A stretch of 4,550 nucleotides of DNA from the IMG/VR virus record IMGVR_UViG_2547132270_000007. One strand, written 5' to 3'. Source of the stretch: a virus. Its lineage: Duplodnaviria; Heunggongvirae; Uroviricota; Caudoviricetes. Shown one piece after another: positions 1 through 4,550 of the stretch; the stretch's first letter is position 1, and each line of letters begins with the position of its first letter. Position numbers and translations under genes: made by a program. The notes beneath the pieces are model-generated. The model saw only the letters and a program-made list of their open reading frames with translations. It was not told the DNA's origin and did not search any database.

Positions 1-265
1 GCATCACAAAATTCACTTTAAAAAGGGCGGACATCAGCCGAACTTCAAGAAAAAAACTGATGCCGCCAGGACTACACACAGCAATGTCGTTATTCACAAC
101 CGGATGCGCACTCCCACCATTTAAATTTAACAGACAAGACCGACTCTTTATGGATATCGGAAATGCGCCTTCGTGTTGTGCCCGGTTTTATTTCACCACC
201 TCCGGGCTTTGGTGGCCTCGGCTATACCCCTACAGCGAGAATATTGAATTAATCCAAATAATGGA

Positions 266-418
266 TTAGCAAGTATTTCTGGCAAGCCAGCGACGTGCGC
301 CCGTTTCAGTTTTGAATGTCTTGCTTTTTGTATAAGTCATGGCGGTGAACGTTCCATCCTGGCTGGGGAACACGCCACACACCAGGGATTCGTTGTTGCC
401 GAGGTCGATTTTTTGCAT
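266..418 (-). CDS. Small prophage protein, 50 aa (YdaF-like by size and position)
   Basis: Hand translation of the minus strand gives MQKIDLGNNESLVCGVFPSQDGTFTAMTYTKSKTFKTETGARRWLARNTC, stop TAA (+266-268). SD GAGGTG (+425-430) sits 6 nt before the ATG (+416-418) and overlaps the stop of the upstream 44-aa gene, suggesting translational coupling. Below the ORF-track length cut-off. Confidence 0.5.
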   Translation of the reverse strand: MQKIDLGNNESLVCGVFPSQDGTFTAMTYTKSKTFKTETGARRWLARNTC

Positions 419-428
419 TTTTCGCACC

Positions 429-563
429 TCACATTTTGTTGTTGCGGATAGAGGCTTCTGCCTGCCAGAGATCCCAGTCGTTGCTGCGTAGAGCCTGCAC
501 AGCCTGGTTGTAAGTGATACCGCAACAATCCATCAAATACTGAACTACTTCGTAATGCACCAT
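429..563 (-). CDS. Small prophage protein, 44 aa (YdaG-like by size and position)
   Basis: Hand translation of the minus strand gives MVHYEVVQYLMDCCGITYNQAVQALRSNDWDLWQAEASIRNNKM, stop TGA (+429-431). SD-like GGGGAGAG lies about 7 nt upstream of the ATG (+561-563). Sits between the repressor gene and the 50-aa gene, same strand. Confidence 0.5.
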   Translation of the reverse strand: MVHYEVVQYLMDCCGITYNQAVQALRSNDWDLWQAEASIRNNKM

Positions 564-629
564 CTTATCTCTCCCCTTAACGCCGGGTGGCGGAACTAAA
601 ACCTACAGCGCCGTGCTGCTTCTGTAATA

Positions 630-658
630 ATATTAGTTATATTCATATTGATGATCAA
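630..658 (-). promoter_or_regulatory. Candidate sigma70 promoter for the leftward small-gene pair (PL-like)
   Basis: On the minus strand: TTGATC (+653-658), 17-nt spacer, TAATAT (+630-635), about 65 nt upstream of the 44-aa gene start. Hexamers and spacing are the same as the rightward promoter candidate at 1311-1339. Confidence 0.35.
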
Positions 659-752
659 CATAAATATGCATTTTGTTGATAAAAATGTACTATCCTAATG
701 AAAATTTTAGTGTTTTTTGATAAAAAAGTAAGGTGATGGGGGCGGAGGGGAC

Positions 753-780
753 AAAAAAAACCGCCAGGGATGGCGGTTTA
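753..780 (-). terminator. Rho-independent terminator downstream of the repressor gene (hairpin is symmetric, may act on both strands)
   Basis: Stem CCGCCA (761-766), loop GGGA, stem TGGCGG (771-776), flanked by an A8 run (753-760) that is a U8 tail on the minus strand and by TTTA on the plus strand. Lies about 20 nt past the repressor stop (799-801). Confidence 0.7.
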
Positions 781-798
781 GTTACGAGGTGGTGGGAG

Positions 799-1263
799 CT
801 ATTTCTTCATGCGTTTCTGAGCTGCCAGCATATTTTCAAACGCTTCTTTGTAGAGTTCATTCTGGCCTTTAAGCCTTTCGATTAGTTTTGCTTTTTCTGA
901 TTCGGGGAGGATATCAAAAAGATCCAGTAAATCAGCTTGTTGCTTGTTAACCATCCGCCACCCTTCGCCTTCGAAACTTTCGTCATAAGTTCCAGAGGAA
1001 CGTACGTAATTCATCAGATCAGCTAAATCAGGCCTCAAGTCTTCAGGCTTAACTCTTAGCAATACTGCGAATTTTAATGCCGCATCAGTGTTAAGTGGAG
1101 CCTTTCCGTTGAGATAGTGGCTAACCGTAGATTGCGTCTCAAAGCCCATTAGCTCGGCAGCAAGCTCCTGAGTCAGTTTGAGCTCTCTTTTTTTTGCATC
1201 CCAGATTCCGCGTAGACGCTGCGTAGCTTCTGGCGATGCGATTTCTTCGCGTTTTCTTCTCAT
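799..1263 (-). CDS. racR: CI-type phage repressor without peptidase domain (RacR-like), 154 aa
   Basis: ORF-track protein has an N-terminal helix-turn-helix (LTQELAAELMGFETQSTVSHYLNG) resembling the lambda CI / P22 C2 DNA-binding domain, and a short helical C-terminus with no LexA-like S24 peptidase motifs. Divergent from the Cro-like gene. Symbol assigned from architecture and synteny, not a search. Confidence 0.85.
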   Translation of the reverse strand: MRRKREEIASPEATQRLRGIWDAKKRELKLTQELAAELMGFETQSTVSHYLNGKAPLNTDAALKFAVLLRVKPEDLRPDLADLMNYVRSSGTYDESFEGEGWRMVNKQQADLLDLFDILPESEKAKLIERLKGQNELYKEAFENMLAAQKRMKK

Positions 1264-1269
1264 ACCACC

Positions 1270-1297
1270 ATCTTATGAACACAGCTCATAATCTCAA
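1270..1297 (-). promoter_or_regulatory. Candidate PRM-like promoter for the repressor, possibly giving a leaderless mRNA
   Basis: On the minus strand: TTGAGA (+1292-1297), 16-nt spacer, TAAGAT (+1270-1275), ending 6 nt before the repressor ATG (+1261-1263). No properly spaced SD precedes that ATG (GGTGG is only 1 nt away). Confidence 0.3.
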
Positions 1298-1310
1298 ACT
1301 GATATAAGTA

Positions 1311-1339
1311 TTGATCATTTAAATTAGTATAGTTAATAT
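1311..1339 (+). promoter_or_regulatory. Candidate PR-like promoter for the rightward early operon (ydaS-ydaT and downstream)
   Basis: TTGATC (1311-1316), 17-nt spacer, TAATAT (1334-1339), about 29 nt upstream of the ydaS ATG. Embedded in AT-rich palindromic sequence (TGATCA, ATTTAAAT) that could hold operators. Confidence 0.45.
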
Positions 1340-1367
1340 TTTGGCAGACATTACTAAGGTGACCCTT

Positions 1368-1643
1368 ATGACATTAGATGAATATTTGAAAAAAAATCGT
1401 GTACGACAGTCTTGTTTGGCCGCGCTGGCTGGTTGTTCGCAATCAATGATTAGCCTCGTTGCTACTGGACGTAGTCAGTTAAGCCCTGAAAAGGTATTGC
1501 GTATCGCAGAGGCTACGAATTTCGAGGTTACACCTCATGAACTCCGGCCTGATATCTACCCGAATCCGACCGATGGTTTACCTGTTGGATGTAAGGCTAA
1601 CACACAAAATGCACAGGAGTTGATTCATGAAAATCAGGCATGA
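1368..1643 (+). CDS. ydaS: Cro-like HTH regulator, YdaS family, 91 aa
   Basis: ORF track 1341-1643. Preferred start is ATG 1368 with SD AAGGTGA (1356-1362) 5 nt upstream; the TTG at 1341 would fall inside the predicted promoter. HTH region QSCLAALAGCSQSMISLVATGRSQLS. First rightward gene after the divergent promoter; overlaps the next gene by 17 nt. Confidence 0.85.
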   Translation: MTLDEYLKKNRVRQSCLAALAGCSQSMISLVATGRSQLSPEKVLRIAEATNFEVTPHELRPDIYPNPTDGLPVGCKANTQNAQELIHENQA

Positions 1644-2049
1644 GCACATCGAATCAGTGCTGTTAGCCCTGGCCGCTGAAAAAGGGCAGGCGTGGGTTGC
1701 TAACGCAATTACTGAAGAATATCTGCGCCAGGGGGGCGGCGAATTGCCCCTGGTACCAGGCAAGGACTGGAATAATCAGCAGAATATCTATCACCGATGG
1801 TTGAAAGGTGAAACAAAAGCGCAAAGGGAAAAAATTCAGAAGCTGATCCCAGCAATTCTGGCAATCCTTCCGCGCGAGCTGCGTCACCGACTCTGCATCT
1901 TCGATACCCTGGAACGCCGTGCATTACTGGCGGCGCAGGAAGCGTTAAGTACGGCAATTGATGCGCATGATGATGCTGTCCAGGCCGTTTACCGGAAAGC
2001 GCATTTCAGCGGCGGTGGTTCGTCCGGCGATTCTGTTGTTGTTCATTAA
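1627..2049 (+). CDS. ydaT: YdaT-family protein (CII-position regulator, historically called a toxin), 140 aa
   Basis: ATG 1627 with SD AGGAG (1615-1619) 7 nt upstream. 140 aa, same length as Rac YdaT; begins MKIRHEHI and ends SGDSVVVH. Sits directly after the Cro-like gene with a 17-nt overlap. Confidence 0.88.
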   Translation: MKIRHEHIESVLLALAAEKGQAWVANAITEEYLRQGGGELPLVPGKDWNNQQNIYHRWLKGETKAQREKIQKLIPAILAILPRELRHRLCIFDTLERRALLAAQEALSTAIDAHDDAVQAVYRKAHFSGGGSSGDSVVVH

Positions 2050-2068
2050 GTGAATAGGGTAACTAACA

Positions 2069-2482
2069 ATGAAAATCAAACCGTTTATCAATGCTGGAAA
2101 TCTTACTCCCGGCGAACTACGAGACTGGATCCTGAAACTTGCAAAAAATGCAGAAATTGCGGGTTGGGGTACAGAAACTTCGGTTCGGAAGCTTCAGAGC
2201 GCAGAACTTAGCCTGCGCTCAGTTATGGACGATTTATCCCCAAGAATTAATTTTCTGGGGTCAGAGCAAATAATTCGTTCGGAAGGTCACTCCAGCGAAG
2301 TTGCGGAAGTTCTGAATACTCTGAGGATAACTTTTGCTGCCGTTCGCGATATTCAACGAACCATTCTCTCATTGATTTCTCAGCTTCAAGAAATTGATAG
2401 TCGCATTCCTGACGGGGGGCATAGAGAGCGTCTTCCAGAATGTGAAGAGCAAGGACAGGGGAAACAGATAAGGGATCAGTAA
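2069..2482 (+). CDS. Hypothetical protein, 137 aa, no family recognised (conflicts with antisense ORF 2247-2702)
   Basis: ATG 19 nt after the ydaT stop, weak SD-like AGGGT 8 nt upstream. Predicted helical protein with acidic C-terminal tail. Around 10 percent rare codons (ATA, AGG, AGA, CGA, GGG). Overlaps the minus-strand ORF by 236 bp, so at most one is likely to be real. Confidence 0.4.
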   Translation: MKIKPFINAGNLTPGELRDWILKLAKNAEIAGWGTETSVRKLQSAELSLRSVMDDLSPRINFLGSEQIIRSEGHSSEVAEVLNTLRITFAAVRDIQRTILSLISQLQEIDSRIPDGGHRERLPECEEQGQGKQIRDQ

Positions 2483-2702
2483 TACGTTTTTCACTTGCCT
2501 GGTATAGCAATCTCGCCAGCGAATCATAGCTACTGGGGCTCAGGAGAGAATCCCGTGAGTGATTTGTAAGAATCAGGTGGAAGCGGGTGAGAACTATAGC
2601 CCTGCATGTTACCAGGTTAACCATGTCGTGGTCGTGCTGGTTAATTTTGTACACAGTGCGCATGTGATTTTTAATTTTTTGGCAAACAGCCATTAAAGAC
2701 AT
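2247..2702 (-). CDS. Hypothetical protein, 151 aa, His/Cys-rich N-terminus, no family recognised; antisense to the early operon
   Basis: Near-consensus SD AAGGAGG (+2709-2715) exactly 6 nt before the ATG (+2700-2702). Perfect TATAAT on the minus strand (+2742-2747) upstream. Fewer rare codons than the overlapping + ORF. Its first 73 codons lie in a region with no plus-strand ORF. Perfect 8-bp hairpin (2197-2220) lies 27 nt past its stop. Confidence 0.5.
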   Translation of the reverse strand: MSLMAVCQKIKNHMRTVYKINQHDHDMVNLVTCRAIVLTRFHLILTNHSRDSLLSPSSYDSLARLLYQASEKRITDPLSVSPVLALHILEDALYAPRQECDYQFLEAEKSMREWFVEYRERQQKLSSEYSELPQLRWSDLPNELFALTPEN

Positions 2703-2765
2703 GTCGAACCTCCTTTGGTTCTGTTGATTGGGGAATCACAGATTATATCCGGAGGAAGGTTCGAC
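2703..2765. promoter_or_regulatory. Inverted-repeat control region between the antisense ORF and the replication initiator
   Basis: 9-bp perfect inverted repeat GTCGAACCT (2703-2711) and AGGTTCGAC (2757-2765), 45 nt apart. It brackets the minus-strand TATAAT (2742-2747); the left arm is the SD-to-start spacer of the minus ORF and the right arm adjoins a plus-strand GGAGG (2751-2755). Confidence 0.35.
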
Positions 2766-2781
2766 ACCAGATGAGGCAATT

Positions 2782-3906
2782 ATGGTTAAGGCTAAAAACA
2801 TGCCAAATCCCATGCCAAAAACTAAGGCAAACAATGAGCCTTATCGCAAGGTAAAAATAACGATATGGGATGATCCCAAATTTAGGGCGTTATCTCCTCT
2901 GCCTCCAAGTGGACAGAGTTTGTTTATTTATCTGCTGACCAGTCCATTTACCGGGATTATTCCCGGGTTGTTTAAAGCCGGGCGGGCAGCAATGGCTGAA
3001 GAGTTGGGGTGGGATATTGAAGCCTTTGACTTAGCCTTAGGCGAAGCCATGAAGCTTGGCATGGTGAAAGCAGATATCAAAGCCAGAGTTTTTTGGCTCC
3101 CGAATGCTGCGAAACACAATCCGCCAAACTCGATAAATGTCATTAAATCTTGGGCAAAGGCATTCGCTTTAATTCCTGATTGCCCTCTCAAATGGGAGGC
3201 CAGGGAATCGCTGAGAGCGGCGTCCTACGGGGTTTCTGAGGCTTTGGGGATGGCATTCGATAAGGCAATCCCTTTGCCTGAGGATAAGCCTAAGGATAAG
3301 GCTAACGCTTTGTCATGCGGTATCCAGATAACAGATAACAGATATATAAACCCCACACATAACGCGCGCGTGCGCGAGAGTGCTCTGACCAGTGAGTCGA
3401 ATGATTTGCCGTTACAGGCAGCGGAACCTGATTACCTGGAAGGCCTGAGCGAACCCATCGGGAAATTTCCGATGACCGATGGCTGGCATCCGTCGCCGGA
3501 TTTCCGACGGCGGGCTGCACTGTGGGGAGTGGCTCTGCCGGAGCCGGAATTTACACCTGCTGAACTTGCCGCCTTCCGGGACTACTGGGCAGCGGAGGGG
3601 AAAGTTTTCACGCAGGTTCAGTGGGAGCAGAAATTCGCCCGTCACGTAAATCACGTCAGGGCGCAGGTTAAACCAGTCAGCAAGGGGGTGAACCATGCAG
3701 CAGCACCAGGTGGCACCGCATCACGGGCAGTTCAGGAAATTCGGGCAGCACGTGAGCAGTGGGAACGTGAAAACGGATTTATCCGCGACGGAAACGGCGT
3801 GGAAGCTGTGGGAACTCATGGGGGAGGTTTATTCGAACCGCTGGACCCAGAAGAACGGGGCCGCACCTTCGAAGCTCTGGATTGCACAGATTGGCGCGAT
3901 GACTGA
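2782..3906 (+). CDS. Phage replication initiation protein with DnaT-like C-terminal domain, about 374 aa
   Basis: ORF track 2728-3906 begins at a TTG with no SD. Preferred start is in-frame ATG 2782 with GAGG 5 nt upstream (ATG 2800 is an alternative). N-terminal region WDDPKFRALS...LFIYLLT looks like a phage replisome-organiser DNA-binding domain; a low-complexity linker follows; then a DnaT-like motif (WHPSPDF...FRDYWAAEGKVFTQVQWEQKFARHV). Sits immediately upstream of a lambda-P-like gene. Confidence 0.85.
   Translation: MVKAKNMPNPMPKTKANNEPYRKVKITIWDDPKFRALSPLPPSGQSLFIYLLTSPFTGIIPGLFKAGRAAMAEELGWDIEAFDLALGEAMKLGMVKADIKARVFWLPNAAKHNPPNSINVIKSWAKAFALIPDCPLKWEARESLRAASYGVSEALGMAFDKAIPLPEDKPKDKANALSCGIQITDNRYINPTHNARVRESALTSESNDLPLQAAEPDYLEGLSEPIGKFPMTDGWHPSPDFRRRAALWGVALPEPEFTPAELAAFRDYWAAEGKVFTQVQWEQKFARHVNHVRAQVKPVSKGVNHAAAPGGTASRAVQEIRAAREQWERENGFIRDGNGVEAVGTHGGGLFEPLDPEERGRTFEALDCTDWRDD
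3259..3380. repeat. Origin-like repeat cluster inside the initiator gene linker (candidate ori)
   Basis: GATAAGGC (3259-3266); tandem GGATAAGCCTAA / GGATAAGGCTAA (3282-3305); tandem CAGATAA CAGATAA CAGATAT (3325-3345); AT-rich TATATAAA; then an alternating CG tract CGCGCGCGTGCGCG (3363-3376). The order (iterons, AT-rich, GC-rich) parallels lambda ori, which lies within the O gene. Confidence 0.4.
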
Positions 3907-4360
3907 GCAGCAAATCCGGCAGGTCTGCCGCCAGTGCATGGACCGTTGCAGGGCAGGTGAAACATGGCCTCCGGACCTGGCTGAGTTTGTGGCGCTGATT
4001 TCGGAGAGCGGGGCAAATCCATTTGGTCTGACGGTGGATAACGTGATGGAGGAATATCGCCGCTGGCGCAATGAGTCCTGGCGATACGACGGGAGTGATA
4101 AATACCCGTGGTCTCAGCCCGTGCTGTATCACATTTGCCTCGAGATGCGGGCAAAAGGGATTGAGCGTCAGATGACCGAAGGGGAGTTAAAACGACTTGC
4201 AGAACGGCAACTGGCGAAATGGGCAAAGCTTGTTGGTGACGGCTTCAGCGTTCCGCCCGTCCGGCGGCAACTGGTAGCACCAAAACGCCCGTCGGGGCCA
4301 ACTCCAATTGAGTTGCTGAAACAGGAATATGAACGCCGGAAAGCGGCTGGGTTTGTTTGA
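3695..4360 (+). CDS. Lambda P-family replication protein (DnaB helicase loader), up to 221 aa
   Basis: Recalled lambda P sequence aligns by eye over the C-terminal two thirds (ours [10 protein letters not shown]...YPWSQ...[11 protein letters not shown]...PPVRRQL vs lambda PSPGQFVAW...YPWKS...LTDAELRRKAA...EPVKQL). ATG 3695 has a strong SD (AAGGGGGTG, 6-nt spacing) and gives near-lambda-P length. Alternative in-frame starts are ATG 3818 and ATG 3899; the weak similarity seen upstream of residue 69 argues against 3899. Confidence 0.85.
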
Positions 4361-4395
4361 GTTGAGAAGTAATTTTTACCGGGAGGAAATTTTAA

Positions 4396-4550
4396 TGGAA
4401 ACTGTTTTTGATGCACTGAAAGCAATGGGAAAAGCCACATCCATAGAACTTGCTGCGCGACTTGATATCAGTCGTGAAGAAGTGCTGAACGAACTATGGG
4501 AACTGAAAAAGGCTGGTTTCGTTGATAAAAGCGCGTACACCTGGCGTGTG
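4396..4550 (+). CDS. Small winged-helix DNA-binding protein (PapI/FaeA-like fold suspected), 5' partial, runs off the window
   Basis: ATG 4396 with GGGAGG (4381-4386) upstream; open to the window end. Translation is [52 protein letters not shown], a pattern typical of small winged-helix regulators. Too short and truncated for the ORF track. Confidence 0.55.

Larger units (their letters stand above)
1..4550. mobile_element. Early immunity-replication region of a lambdoid (Rac-like) prophage; window lies entirely inside the element, no att sites or integrase seen
   Basis: Gene order and orientation: leftward small genes, leftward CI-type repressor, divergent promoter region, rightward Cro-like and CII-like genes, then replication initiator and lambda-P-like loader. 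Sizes of 44 aa, 50 aa, 154 aa and 140 aa match the ydaG/ydaF/racR/ydaT neighbourhood of E. coli Rac as I recall it. Confidence 0.8.

Noticed and set aside
60-269. Plus-strand ORF of 69 aa (frame is open from the window edge)
   Set aside because: No SD before the ATG, about 16 percent rare codons (GGA, CTA, AGA, CGA, CGG, ATA), odd composition, and it ends exactly where the better-supported minus-strand 50-aa gene ends. Most likely non-coding.
337-528. Minus-strand ORF of 63 aa
   Set aside because: Lies in a different frame across the two coupled small genes (266-418 and 429-563), which have proper SDs; treated as a frame artefact.
1578-1957. Minus-strand ORFs 1578-1763, 1663-1887 and 1709-1957
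   Set aside because: Antisense shadow frames inside ydaS/ydaT, with no start signals; the plus-strand genes have SDs and the expected sizes.
1368-2049. Reading ydaS/ydaT as a classical toxin-antitoxin defence module
   Set aside because: Position (first two genes of the rightward early operon) and architecture (HTH Cro-like followed by a CII-position gene) fit lysis-lysogeny regulators, consistent with what I recall of published work on these proteins.
2728-2781. TTG at 2728 as initiator start, and the similar TTG at 1341 for ydaS
   Set aside because: Neither TTG has an SD. 2728 lies inside the inverted-repeat control region and 1341 inside the predicted PR-like promoter. In-frame ATGs with SDs exist downstream (2782 and 1368).
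2771-2851. Small out-of-frame ORF starting ATG 2771 (about 26 aa) downstream of GGAGG 2751-2755
   Set aside because: SD spacing of about 15 nt is too long and the ORF overlaps the initiator start in another frame; noted only as a possible leader peptide, not supported.
2928-3696. Minus-strand ORFs 2928-3191, 3302-3520 and 3412-3696
   Set aside because: Antisense to the replication initiator, whose frame carries recognisable domain motifs; the products are low-complexity, Arg/Pro-rich shadow frames.
3779-4440. Minus-strand ORFs 3779-4132, 3816-4226, 3829-4071 and 4168-4440
   Set aside because: Antisense to the lambda-P-like gene, which is supported by alignment to recalled lambda P; typical GC-rich shadow ORFs (Arg/Pro/Ser-rich).
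1-4550. CRISPR arrays, tRNA or rRNA genes, insertion-sequence inverted repeats
   Set aside because: No regularly spaced direct repeats, no cloverleaf-like tRNA candidates, and no transposase-like ORFs were seen anywhere in the window.

Overview
This window reads as the early (immunity plus replication) region of a lambdoid, Rac-like prophage from an enterobacterium; all calls are made by eye from the sequence and ORF track, with no database search. Left to right: two small leftward genes (50 and 44 aa, YdaF/YdaG-like by size and position) with their own promoter-like element; a leftward CI-type repressor lacking a peptidase domain (RacR-like, 154 aa) followed by a clear intrinsic terminator; a divergent promoter region; rightward Cro-like YdaS and CII-like YdaT (140 aa). 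Then comes a roughly 730-bp, visibly AT-richer segment (2050-2780) carrying two mutually antisense ORFs of unknown function (137 aa on +, 151 aa on -) that overlap by 236 bp. This is the most likely place for something undescribed, but I cannot tell from sequence alone which ORF is real, or whether both are. Downstream are a replication initiator with a DnaT-like C-terminal domain and origin-like repeats inside its linker, a lambda-P-family helicase loader whose likely start overlaps the initiator by about 200 bp, and the 5' end of a small winged-helix protein. No tRNA, rRNA or CRISPR array was seen.
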